Counted from the stretch's first letter, positions 19,518 to 29,164 are shown. The stretch is DNA of 64,000 nucleotides from Candidatus Kapaibacterium sp. (GCA_035445085.1 DAOMQA010000004.1:86788-150787); one strand, 5' to 3'. The notes: generated by a model not told the origin, from the letters alone. Translations and numbers: made by a program.

Positions 19518-21002
19518 ATGCCAACTGCAATTTCTCTTTTTGCTTTATCATTTTTTTTGGAAATATACCAAATTTTTAGCTTAGGCTCTACTGGTGTAAC
19601 GTTTAGCGACGTTATTACCATGGGAATGTTCTTATATTTTATTAAGTATACTATATGGGATGGTAAGACAATAAAAATCTCAAAAAATCCAGCTATTTTA
19701 TTCTTATTTTTATTTTACATTATCACATTAATCTCTGGGTTTGCTCCTATTAGTAGAGGCATTTCTGGAGAAATGACTCAATTTATTAAATCTTTATCGC
19801 ATTATCATTTCTCCCTACTTTTCTTAACAATTAATATTTTAATTTCTAACAAAAATGAGACATGGGAAAATTTTATAAAAATTTGGATAGTTGCCTCTAT
19901 ATTTATCAATATATTTGGTATCTATCAAATTATTGCCAGAGGGCTTAATTTACCTTTAGCTTGGTTAGAAATTGGCAACAATGCTTATTTAGCGCGTGGT
20001 ATGTATGATAATTTAGAAGATGTTTCGCAGATTAGCTTAAAGTTTGGAAATTTTTTTAGAGCAACTTCAATTTTTTCTGAGCCGAGTGCATTAGCAGCAT
20101 TTGATGCCTTAGTATTAGTTTTTTTGATAATACCTTATATACAAAATTTCAAGCCATTTTTAAAAAGTAAATTTTTAACTATTACTTCGGTAATATCTAC
20201 AATTTTAGGATTATTATTGGCTTTTTCTCTTACTGGCTTAACTTCCTTTGGCTTAGTTATTGGGAGTATTATCTTATTTGAGAAATTTAAAAATTTAAAA
20301 TTATTCGTTAAAATACTTTTTTTCTTAATAATATTTCTAATAATTGCAGACCAAATAGTTACCTTATACTTTGGCATAAGTATCTTTGAATTATTTTATA
20401 AACGTATTTATGGTGTAATTCAATTTTTACTTACTAACCAGGTAAGCGCAATTGAAGGAGAGTCATTTTCAGGTCGTTCCGACAATGCTAGCGCTATGTT
20501 TAATATTTTTACACATAACCCTATTATTGGCACTGGATTAGGCTTAACTTCTGCCAGCCCATATTCTGATGGTTGGTTCTTTGCCGATATTACTATAATG
20601 GCAGTATTAGCTGAAACTGGGATAATTGGTTTTTTTGCATATATTAGTTTTTCTGCCTTACTTTTATTTCAAAGCATCAAGTTCTTAGTATTCCGGGATA
20701 GATATACAAACATTGACGATAGCCAACGTAGACTACAAATGATACTCTTCTATATCTTGATGATTTACATTGTAGTTAATTATTTAAGTGGCAATCAATT
20801 ATTAAATGTATTTTCGCTTATAATGTTATCATTAATTTTCAATGTAATAGATAACTATTACTTAAATTATTTAAAAAAGTTCTATGAAGTTAAGTTCGTT
20901 AACAAACCACTATCAATTATATTTAAACAAGCTTTATTATCAAACGTCTCTAATAGTAAACTATCGAGAAAAGTAAATGAAAATGGAAATCAAATTATAT
21001 AA
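19518..21002 (+). CDS. O-antigen ligase / Wzy-like polytopic membrane protein
   Basis: 494 aa, more than 10 TM helices. A periplasmic loop carries R...FSEPS and HNPIIGTGLG motifs typical of the Wzy_C/O-antigen ligase family. Confidence 0.5.
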   Translation: MPTAISLFALSFFLEIYQIFSLGSTGVTFSDVITMGMFLYFIKYTIWDGKTIKISKNPAILFLFLFYIITLISGFAPISRGISGEMTQFIKSLSHYHFSLLFLTINILISNKNETWENFIKIWIVASIFINIFGIYQIIARGLNLPLAWLEIGNNAYLARGMYDNLEDVSQISLKFGNFFRATSIFSEPSALAAFDALVLVFLIIPYIQNFKPFLKSKFLTITSVISTILGLLLAFSLTGLTSFGLVIGSIILFEKFKNLKLFVKILFFLIIFLIIADQIVTLYFGISIFELFYKRIYGVIQFLLTNQVSAIEGESFSGRSDNASAMFNIFTHNPIIGTGLGLTSASPYSDGWFFADITIMAVLAETGIIGFFAYISFSALLLFQSIKFLVFRDRYTNIDDSQRRLQMILFYILMIYIVVNYLSGNQLLNVFSLIMLSLIFNVIDNYYLNYLKKFYEVKFVNKPLSIIFKQALLSNVSNSKLSRKVNENGNQII

Positions 21003-22443
21003 TTCTGCTACAAGACAAATTGAATATTTTAAGCCTATTAATAGCAATGAAGTTAAAATGTACTCTTGCGGGCCAACAGTTTATAATTTTGCGCATATTG
21101 GTAATATGCGAGCTTTTTTGTTTGCTGATTTATTGCAGAGAGTGCTTAGAGTTGTTGGTCAATACGATTTGAAATGGGTAATGAATATAACGGATATTGA
21201 TGACAAGACAATTCGCGGCAGCAAAAAAGGCTCAAGTAATTGGATAGCTGAAATGGGAGTTCAAGGCGATTCGGCAATAGATAATTTGAATAGTTTTACA
21301 AATTTATATTTTGATTATTTTATTGAAGATATAAGTAGTTTAGGTATAAATATCGAGGATTTTTATGCTCTCCCTTTTGCAACAGACTACATAGAAGAAA
21401 TGCAAGAGTTGATTTCAAAAATCTTTAAAAATGGTTATGCTTATATAAATGATGGTTCTGTATACTTTAATGTTAAAAAGTGGGCTAACGATGATAAATA
21501 TGGCAAATTATTTAATATAGATTTTGAAAATTTTATTTCAGGTGCAAGAGTTGATTCTGATGAATACGAAAAAGAAAACGTAAGTGATTTTGTATTATGG
21601 AAAGCCCAAAAAGACGGTGAGCCATCTTGGGACTATGAGCTTGATGGCATAAAATGCCCTGGTAGGCCTGGTTGGCATATAGAGTGTTCTGCTATGGAAT
21701 ATGAACTCTTAGGTTTGCCATTTGATATTCATACTGGCGGAGTAGATTTAAAATTTCCTCACCATGAAGATGAAATTGCCCAATCAAAAGCAGGTTATGG
21801 ATATGAGCCTACAAATTATTGGCTGCACAACGAATTCTTAGAGGTTGAAGGTCAAAAAATGTCTAAATCATTAGGAAATTTTTATACTATCAGGGATTTG
21901 CTCAATAAAGGGTTAAATCCGATTGATATTCGTTTTGCAATGCTATCTACACATTATAGAACTAAGTATAATTTTACATTCAATGGTATAGAATCTACTA
22001 AGAAAGCTAGGCAACGCATTCAAGAGTTTATCTATGAATTATTTGATGATACTATTTATGGCAAAATAAGTATTAATGTTGATGATATGCAACAAGTTAT
22101 TTTTGGTCAATTAGCCAATGATTTGCATACGCCTAAAGCATTAGCTGAACTTTTTAATATTATTAACTCCATCAAAATAAATGAATTAGATAAAGATAGT
22201 AAAGATAAACTAATTACCTTAATGAAGAAATTAAATTTGATTTTTGGCTCATGGGTTTTTGAATCAAGGAATATTGAAGTAATTAATTTCCCTGCCGAAG
22301 TTCTTGAATTAGCTGAAAAAAGGTGGCAGGCAAAGTTAAATAAACAATTTACTGATGCAGATAATTATAGAAACAAATTAGAAGAGCTTGGCTATATAAT
22401 TAAAGATTCTAAGGAAACATATATTATTCAAGAAAAAATATAA
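20977..22443 (+). CDS. cysS: Cysteine--tRNA ligase
   Basis: HIGN and KMSKS class-I signatures, a CGPTVY Zn-binding region and an anticodon-binding C-terminus. It overlaps the upstream gene by 26 nt. Confidence 0.92.
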   Translation: MKMEIKLYNSATRQIEYFKPINSNEVKMYSCGPTVYNFAHIGNMRAFLFADLLQRVLRVVGQYDLKWVMNITDIDDKTIRGSKKGSSNWIAEMGVQGDSAIDNLNSFTNLYFDYFIEDISSLGINIEDFYALPFATDYIEEMQELISKIFKNGYAYINDGSVYFNVKKWANDDKYGKLFNIDFENFISGARVDSDEYEKENVSDFVLWKAQKDGEPSWDYELDGIKCPGRPGWHIECSAMEYELLGLPFDIHTGGVDLKFPHHEDEIAQSKAGYGYEPTNYWLHNEFLEVEGQKMSKSLGNFYTIRDLLNKGLNPIDIRFAMLSTHYRTKYNFTFNGIESTKKARQRIQEFIYELFDDTIYGKISINVDDMQQVIFGQLANDLHTPKALAELFNIINSIKINELDKDSKDKLITLMKKLNLIFGSWVFESRNIEVINFPAEVLELAEKRWQAKLNKQFTDADNYRNKLEELGYIIKDSKETYIIQEKI

Positions 22444-23333
22444 TGTTAGAGCAAGGGAGCGTTGGTGTAATTGGGTCTGGACAAGTAGGAGCTTTATTAG
22501 CAATAAGACTTCATCAGCAGAACTTACTAAAATATATAATCAACAGAAATAGCAACAGATTACAGCGTTTACTTGATAATGGAATAGATAGCACTATAAT
22601 ATTAGATAATATATCTAGTATTACAGATAAGGTTGATTTTATAATCATTGCAACGCAAGAGAACCAAATTCAAAATGTAGTTATAGATTTATTAAGATTA
22701 ACTATTCCATTAGACAATACTATTATATTTCATACCTCTGGGTCTTTAACAAAAGAAGTGTTAAAAGACTTGTCCGTTGCTAAGGCAGGCATTGCCGCCG
22801 CTCACCCTTTCCAAACTTTCTATAAATTTGATATTAGTACTTTGAAAAAAATAGCTTGGGGCATCGATTCTTCGGCATCTGACTTCCTACTAATTAGCCA
22901 ACTTATTCAAGCAATTGATGGAGTTCCTATCAAACTAAGTAAAAAGGCAATAGAACAGAAAGATTTATATCATATTTCTGCAATAATAGCTTCAAATTTT
23001 CTGATGGGTTTACTAACTAATACAAAAGAATTATTGGGGGATATTGACTTAAAACCGGAGGTATTCTTAGCTCCCATTGTCCATCAAACAGTTCATAATT
23101 TCTTTGAAAACGAAAATAATCAAAATATTCCTATCACTGGTCCAATTGCTAGGGCAGATAATATTACAATTAGAAGACACATTACTGCCTTAGAAAAATT
23201 ACCTGAATTTCAAAAATTTTATAGTGAATACTCTCTACTACTACTAAATACTCTTAAATCTAAGGAATTAATAAATTCTGATTCTTATCTTGAATTATTG
23301 AAATCTTTAAATATTAGCAATAGTTCACTTTAA
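22443..23333 (+). CDS. Rossmann-fold / DUF2520 domain protein (ketopantoate-reductase/prephenate-dehydrogenase-like)
   Basis: N-terminal GVIGSGQVG dinucleotide-binding motif. The C-terminal AHPFQTF and TGPIARAD match DUF2520 hallmarks. The ATG overlaps the cysS TAA (TAATG). Confidence 0.65.
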   Translation: MLEQGSVGVIGSGQVGALLAIRLHQQNLLKYIINRNSNRLQRLLDNGIDSTIILDNISSITDKVDFIIIATQENQIQNVVIDLLRLTIPLDNTIIFHTSGSLTKEVLKDLSVAKAGIAAAHPFQTFYKFDISTLKKIAWGIDSSASDFLLISQLIQAIDGVPIKLSKKAIEQKDLYHISAIIASNFLMGLLTNTKELLGDIDLKPEVFLAPIVHQTVHNFFENENNQNIPITGPIARADNITIRRHITALEKLPEFQKFYSEYSLLLLNTLKSKELINSDSYLELLKSLNISNSSL

Positions 23334-23417
23334 GAAAAAAAATCACACTTCAATTTAGAATGTAACTATCTTATTTATCTATAGATTGTTATTATATATT
23401 TTTTATTCAGTGCATTC

Positions 23418-23431
23418 AAAAAAAAAAAAAA
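23418..23431. repeat. Homopolymeric A14 tract in the promoter region of the T9SS cargo gene
   Basis: gcattcAAAAAAAAAAAAAActgtt, about 55 nt upstream of the ATG at 23486. It is the longest homopolymer in the window. Confidence 0.9.
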
Positions 23432-23485
23432 CTGTTACAAATCAAAGCTTCAGTTGTCTATTAGGATAAGTTAGGAGTACATTTT

Positions 23486-25564
23486 ATGAAAAAATATTTA
23501 ATCCTCTGTTTTGTTATTGTACAAATCAATGCCTTTGGATTCGATTTGAATATAAGTAATCAATCAAAATCCAAAATCGTGTGTAATGGGGATAGTGCGA
23601 ATTTGTGGGTTGATGTTGATGGAAGTAATCTTAAATTCATTTGGACCTATAATAACCAGGTAATTGAGAACGAACATTATAGAATACTTACTATAAAGAA
23701 TTTTGATTATACCAAGTCAGGTATTTATAATTGTTTTGTAAGCGACTCTATTAGCAAGAAAATAGTAAAATCTGAAGATATAGTATTATATAACGCCACA
23801 GAAACAATTTTCATTAAGCAAGCAAAAAATGTTTTATTCAATATTAATACCAATGCTATATTTGAAACAAAAATTCATACAAATCTAAATGCCGAGAACA
23901 ACGTAAAATTACAGTGGTATTTTTTGCCGGAAAGTGATTTGTGGGATATAAGCAAATTAGTTAAAATTGAAGATGACAATAAATTTTCAGGAACTACAAC
24001 AGAAATTTTATCAATCAATACTATGAAATATGCAGATAAAGGCGCATATTATTGTATTGCACAGGGAGAGTGTGGTAATGATACAGCAATTGCAATATTA
24101 AGCGATAATTTATACTTTAAGCTAACTAATATCTCTAAGGATTATGAGGATTGCGAGGGGCACGACGTTACATTTGAAGTTAAAATCGAAAATAACTCTG
24201 GTACTACATTGGATTTACAGTGGTTCAACCCTGTGCTTAAAGAGATTAATGAATCTGATAAATATATTGGGACCAAAACTAATAAACTCACTATAAAAAA
24301 TGTCAATAGTAAAGATAATAAAGCCTACTATCTAAAGGTTACAAGTAAAGAACTAAATATGTTTAAAAGGAGCGACCACTTTTATCTACAAGCACAAACG
24401 AAGCCTGAAATCTTAGTACAACCAGCTGATTATACAATTTTAGATAGAGAGTTACATCCCACATACCATGGGCAAACCTATGTAGGAGTAACAGTAAAAA
24501 ATAGTGGCATTTGTAAATTCAATTGGTATAGAAACGATACCTTAGTACGTTCAACGAACAATTATTATTCATCTAATTACTTTTTAGGCAGCAATGGCGT
24601 AATTATACCAGCCAAGATGTCTGATGTTGGCGAATACCAGTGCGAGATAATAAACGAATGTGGCACTACTTGGTCTAAGAAAGCTACTGTAGTTTGGGGG
24701 TACAAAGATATATTTTCGTGCGAGGGTTCAGATGTTGAGTTAATCTCTGATAGCATAAGCAAAAATACCAATAAATATAGTTACGTTTGGTATTTCAAGG
24801 ATAAAGAGATAAAAGAAAGCAATAAATATAAAAATGTAACTACTAATAAACTCACTATCAACAAATTAACAAGCAAGGATCAGGGTTCATATTACGTATA
24901 TTATAAAACCTTATTAAGCGGAGTATCCAAATTTTTAGGTAAAGTATATTTGCAAGTAAATATAGTGCCTAAAATAACAAGGCAATTACCAGATACTATG
25001 TACCTTGATGGGAAATTTATAAAAAAAGACGCAATCGTCGTTAATGTAGTTGGCGATATCTTTAGCTACCAAATCTTTAATAAAGATAATGAGCCAATGG
25101 GAAACTCCATTTCTAAAAAGATTACTAATATTTATGATGAGTATCAAATTATATATTTAGGTGGACCAGATTTGACGCTTGCTGACGGAACTTACTATTT
25201 CAAATTCTGGAATACTTGTGGTATAGTAAAGTCTAATTACTTTACTATTAACAGTATCCAGAAACCTGTTAGAATAATTATAGATAGCCTACTAATCTCT
25301 TCAATAAAAGATAAAGAGAGTAGTCATAATTTTTCACTTTATCCTAACCCAAGCCAGTATATTTTAAATATTAAAACAGATCAAGCAGAGTTTCATAAAT
25401 CAGAGCTAAAAGTATTTAATGCATTAGGGCAAGATTTAAGCAATTATATAATTGCATCAACGATGAAAGAAAATGAAATTCAAATTGATATATCTGCACT
25501 AAAAGAAGGTATATATTATATTAGGTATTTAAACTATACAGGGAAGTTTGTTAGAATTAATTAG
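23486..25564 (+). CDS. Secreted multi-Ig-like-domain protein with a C-terminal T9SS (Por) sorting domain
   Basis: Signal peptide. There are at least 5 repeats carrying Ig-like Y-x-C cores (YNCFVSDS, YYCIAQGECGNDT, YQCEIINECGTTWS, GSYYVYY...). The last roughly 80 aa (LYPNPSQYILNI...VFNALGQDL...GIYYIRY...) match the type-A T9SS C-terminal domain. AGGAGT SD. Confidence 0.7.
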   Translation: MKKYLILCFVIVQINAFGFDLNISNQSKSKIVCNGDSANLWVDVDGSNLKFIWTYNNQVIENEHYRILTIKNFDYTKSGIYNCFVSDSISKKIVKSEDIVLYNATETIFIKQAKNVLFNINTNAIFETKIHTNLNAENNVKLQWYFLPESDLWDISKLVKIEDDNKFSGTTTEILSINTMKYADKGAYYCIAQGECGNDTAIAILSDNLYFKLTNISKDYEDCEGHDVTFEVKIENNSGTTLDLQWFNPVLKEINESDKYIGTKTNKLTIKNVNSKDNKAYYLKVTSKELNMFKRSDHFYLQAQTKPEILVQPADYTILDRELHPTYHGQTYVGVTVKNSGICKFNWYRNDTLVRSTNNYYSSNYFLGSNGVIIPAKMSDVGEYQCEIINECGTTWSKKATVVWGYKDIFSCEGSDVELISDSISKNTNKYSYVWYFKDKEIKESNKYKNVTTNKLTINKLTSKDQGSYYVYYKTLLSGVSKFLGKVYLQVNIVPKITRQLPDTMYLDGKFIKKDAIVVNVVGDIFSYQIFNKDNEPMGNSISKKITNIYDEYQIIYLGGPDLTLADGTYYFKFWNTCGIVKSNYFTINSIQKPVRIIIDSLLISSIKDKESSHNFSLYPNPSQYILNIKTDQAEFHKSELKVFNALGQDLSNYIIASTMKENEIQIDISALKEGIYYIRYLNYTGKFVRIN

Positions 25565-25595
25565 CATGTAGAATAGAATAATACCGCAGTAGGCA

Positions 25596-25623
25596 CTAAC
25601 AATGCTCTACTGCTATTTATATT
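25596..25623. terminator. Inverted repeat between convergent genes (putative bidirectional terminator)
   Basis: GCAGTAG-N14-CTACTGC followed by TATTT. It lies about 30 nt past both flanking stops. Confidence 0.35.
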
Positions 25624-25651
25624 GATTTGTAATACTATGTTTATCTTGTAT

Positions 25652-25936
25652 TTAGCTTGCAACGGCTGAATTTGGTTTTTCACTAACATTGGTATTATGA
25701 TTATTCGTAGCTGTTGGGCTTTTTGTGTGGCTATTAGCGTAGTCAGTTATATAAAAGCCTGAGCCTTGAAATACGAGTCCAATATTCTTACTAATGACCC
25801 TATGTATCTTCCCTCTTTCCCCATCTTGGTCTTTACAATTTGGGTCTGGGCAAATTTCTAATGGCTTATCATTGATAGATTGCTTAATTTCAAAATTCTT
25901 TTTGCAAGTATCACATTTATAATTATATATTGGCAT
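25652..25936 (-). CDS. FmdB-family zinc-ribbon protein (CxxC...CxxC)
   Basis: MPIYNYKCDTCKKNFE...ICPDPNCKD matches the FmdB/putative regulatory zinc-ribbon family. Low-complexity C-terminal tail. Confidence 0.6.
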   Translation of the reverse strand: MPIYNYKCDTCKKNFEIKQSINDKPLEICPDPNCKDQDGERGKIHRVISKNIGLVFQGSGFYITDYANSHTKSPTATNNHNTNVSEKPNSAVAS

Positions 25937-25974
25937 TTCTAAAATCGCTTTCTATTCTACTACATATATCGGGA

Positions 25975-27303
25975 TTAGAGACGATATTCATTCTTTAATG
26001 TTTGATTTAAAAGATTTGCTAATTCTTTGGCCGCATTTTTCCTCTCATACTTATTAATTAAACTCAGTTGCGGAGAATATAATGGTAAGTTATTCTTCCA
26101 TTTTTCAAAATATTCTTTGATATTCGTGGCTATTGCACCAATATCAGACTGATGAGCTAATAGACCGGTGTTCGTTTCTGTTAATAATTTATGGATAGCA
26201 CTATTTAGAGGCGCTATAGCTAAGATTGGCTTTTTAATACCCATATATTCATATACTTTGCCAGGTACTATCTCCTCGCTTTCTTTTGATTCATCCACTA
26301 TCAACAGCAAAACGTCAGCTTTTTGTAATTCTTTAATACTTTCACTATGAGGCAAGTAATGAATTATATTGATAGATTCCTTGAAGCCAGAATTGTCAAT
26401 CATTTGATAAATTTCATTCCCAAAGCGACCTATAAAATTAATTTGAAAATCATTTATATTTATTTCACCATTATTAATCAATAAATTGAAAGCTTTAAAT
26501 AATGCCTCTGGGTTTCTTCTGCCGTACATCGAGCCAGTATATGTTAAAATGAACTTACTGCTCTTAGGATAAGTTGCAATAGTAAAATCATTACTATCAA
26601 AACCATTGGGGATATGGATAAATTTAGATTCATTTAAATCAGGATATTTACTTAGTGCATCTTTACTTATCCCCTCCCAAGCTACTTCTACATAGTCTGC
26701 CTCTTTAAATACACTATGCTCCATTGCTTTATCAATGAGCTTAGGTAAAAACCACCTCTTAGGTGTAGAAATAAAATCCGTCCAAGGATCTCTAAATCCA
26801 GCTATCCAAGGAATATTCTTCTTTCTCTTTACATATCTTGCAATCAATGAGCAAGTATAAGGTGGCGAAGAACTATAAACAGCTTCTATATTATATTTTT
26901 CAACTAATTCTAAGGCTTTACTTTTTGCGGTTAGAAGCCAGCCTATTCGTGCATCAGGAATAAAAAATGTAGAGCGTATAAACTCTGCTATTACTTCACT
27001 CCCCTTGAGCTTGGCACCATCTTTATGTATTACGTTAACATCAACAGCTGCACCCTTTTCTTTGCCAGTGAACATTCTATACAAATCATAAGGTTCATAG
27101 ATTTTAGTTCTATAAACTAATATATTTTCCGGTATTTTTTTTAACAAAGTTTCATCTTTAGCAGGAAATTGACCGTTCTCAACAGTTAAAATAATTGGAT
27201 TATATCCAAATTCAGATAAATATTGGGTATGCTTTAATACTCTTTGAACACCTGGACCTCCAGATGGCGGAAAGTAATAAGCGATTATTAACAAGTTTTT
27301 CAT
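25975..27303 (-). CDS. Glycosyltransferase family 4 (group 1 glycosyltransferase)
   Basis: GT-B fold, with an N-terminal MKNLLIIAYYFPPSGGPG-type motif and the C-terminal E-x7-E region (EYMGIKKPILAI). The start is chosen at the internal Met (27303). The track ORF extends 32 codons further upstream. Confidence 0.68.
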   Translation of the reverse strand: MKNLLIIAYYFPPSGGPGVQRVLKHTQYLSEFGYNPIILTVENGQFPAKDETLLKKIPENILVYRTKIYEPYDLYRMFTGKEKGAAVDVNVIHKDGAKLKGSEVIAEFIRSTFFIPDARIGWLLTAKSKALELVEKYNIEAVYSSSPPYTCSLIARYVKRKKNIPWIAGFRDPWTDFISTPKRWFLPKLIDKAMEHSVFKEADYVEVAWEGISKDALSKYPDLNESKFIHIPNGFDSNDFTIATYPKSSKFILTYTGSMYGRRNPEALFKAFNLLINNGEININDFQINFIGRFGNEIYQMIDNSGFKESINIIHYLPHSESIKELQKADVLLLIVDESKESEEIVPGKVYEYMGIKKPILAIAPLNSAIHKLLTETNTGLLAHQSDIGAIATNIKEYFEKWKNNLPLYSPQLSLINKYERKNAAKELANLLNQTLKNEYRL

Positions 27304-27361
27304 ATTCTTGACGTTTTTATACTTACAAACTTTAAAAATAAAGAAAATTAAAAACATAAGT

Positions 27362-28243
27362 ATGAAAATTGTATTAGTGGTGGTATTTGTTTTTTGCAAT
27401 TTGACATTTTCTTCTATAGCAAATGATATATTAGTAGAAAGCGAAAGTAGATGGGAGTCTTTTTTGAAGAACTTTTATTCTAAACCAGATTATGTTAAAA
27501 ATAAAACATTGCTATCAGCCTTTTATGGACGCTCTTTTACAGATATTAACCAAAAAAGTATTACTAAATTCTCTGAAATTCACAATCTTGATTTTTATTA
27601 TGGTTTTATCAGGGTTAATGATAAGATTAAATTTAAAGATATGTTTTCTCATCAAGGAGAGTATGCCTTTATTAGCAATACTTCTACAAATTTTAAAACA
27701 TTTAAATTTCAATTAGATGGTATAGTTACCGATTCGTGGCGATTTGGATTTGGTTTGAATGATGGGTATGGCATAAATTTGCTTGATAATAGATTATATT
27801 TCAACCACTCTACCGCACTAACATGGATAAGAATTGATGTAGATTATTTTTCTGGCAATGAGAATGATATTGATTTTATCAAACGATTTGATGAAAGATT
27901 TAAATTTGGGTCATTATACAAAACAGGTTTAACATATCAACTATATGATGTATTAAATTTAGAAATAAATTACGAGCATGCTTATTATTTTCCTGATTTT
28001 CAATTTATACCATGGTTTGGGTCTTTTATTGTTGATAATATCATTCAAAGAGGACCTGAATTATTTGAGAAAGAGCTTGAAGCTACGTTTAAAAATTCTT
28101 ATCCATTTATTAAAATGATATACAAAAATATTGCTTCATTCATATTAACTGAACTAAGAAGATATGATGGATATGCACCTTTTCCTTCAGAGCATACCTT
28201 AAACTATGACACTTTTAAAATCGGAATAGTGCTTATTATATAG
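27362..28243 (+). CDS. Hypothetical secreted, beta-strand-rich protein (possible outer-membrane barrel)
   Basis: Signal peptide (MKIVLVVVFVFCNLTFSSIA), then alternating hydrophobic/polar beta-strand patterning (FKFQLDGIVTDSWRFGFGLNDGYGINL). I recognise no family. The start is taken at the Met with the signal peptide. Confidence 0.4.
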   Translation: MKIVLVVVFVFCNLTFSSIANDILVESESRWESFLKNFYSKPDYVKNKTLLSAFYGRSFTDINQKSITKFSEIHNLDFYYGFIRVNDKIKFKDMFSHQGEYAFISNTSTNFKTFKFQLDGIVTDSWRFGFGLNDGYGINLLDNRLYFNHSTALTWIRIDVDYFSGNENDIDFIKRFDERFKFGSLYKTGLTYQLYDVLNLEINYEHAYYFPDFQFIPWFGSFIVDNIIQRGPELFEKELEATFKNSYPFIKMIYKNIASFILTELRRYDGYAPFPSEHTLNYDTFKIGIVLII

Positions 28244-28333
28244 TACAATAAAAGATTGTTATATTATCACTTTATATTAAAAATTGATACTCTTTTCTAA
28301 CATTATTAAATTCAAATAATGATAAATGAATTC

Positions 28334-28708
28334 TTAAGAGTTAAGGTATTCTATCGCTTCTTCTTCGTTGTTTGTAATTTTAATAAAGGTATCAATTCGT
28401 AGCATTTTAAATAGTGTAGTGTTCGTACTATTTAGTCCAAAAATCACAAATTTATATACTTCATCTTCAAATTTCTCTTGTAATTTTATACAATAGTCGT
28501 TAATTGAAATCAAAGCTCCTATTCCTGGGCTTCCAATATAGGTAACTTTACTTAAATCCATTGCTATTAGCTTAACATTAGTATCGTACAACTTCTCTAC
28601 CGTATCTCTAAGATGTGAATGCTCTAAATTTGACATCTTAGTTTCGTGGTATCTACAAATAGCAACACTTTCTTTATAATCAACATTTACTAACATATCT
28701 TTTATCAA
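28334..28708 (-). CDS. STAS-domain protein (anti-sigma-factor-antagonist-like)
   Basis: The core KLIAMDLSKVTYIGSPGIGALIS followed by KFVIFGLNSTNTTLFKMLRIDTF fits the SpoIIAA/STAS fold pattern. Confidence 0.5.
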   Translation of the reverse strand: MIKDMLVNVDYKESVAICRYHETKMSNLEHSHLRDTVEKLYDTNVKLIAMDLSKVTYIGSPGIGALISINDYCIKLQEKFEDEVYKFVIFGLNSTNTTLFKMLRIDTFIKITNNEEEAIEYLNS

Positions 28709-28780
28709 TTTATCAATATCATAAAAAACTAAAATACATAAACTTAGCTAATTTAAAAATGAATTTGTTGTAATAATTTT

Positions 28781-29164
28781 TTAATATCTCACTTTACAAG
28801 CATTTAACCCTAATAATTTAGAAATTATAGCCCGATTTATAGCTATTAGTCTATATATTGGAGTAAATAATAGAATTAAGAGTCGATTATTAAGTAGACT
28901 TCCAAGTATATGGTATATACCTCTTAAATTTATTAATATCCTAAAAACTGCTTCTGCTTCAATATAATAGCTGCTATTTTCTTTGTTAATCACAATTATA
29001 GTGCTCTCCCCAAGTTCTTGACTAATACCTGGGTAGAGCTTAAATTCAAAAAATTGACTTGGCAAAATTTCAAATGTAGCATTTATATCTTTATTGTGTA
29101 CAAACTCTGCACATTTGCTACAGATACCGCAATCTCCATCATATAATAGATAGTATTTTACCAT
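28781..29164 (-). CDS. DCC-family thiol-disulfide oxidoreductase (DUF393)
   Basis: The N-terminal YYLLYDGDCGICSKCAEFV motif is typical of the DCC1-like family. Confidence 0.7.
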   Translation of the reverse strand: MVKYYLLYDGDCGICSKCAEFVHNKDINATFEILPSQFFEFKLYPGISQELGESTIIVINKENSSYYIEAEAVFRILINLRGIYHILGSLLNNRLLILLFTPIYRLIAINRAIISKLLGLNACKVRY

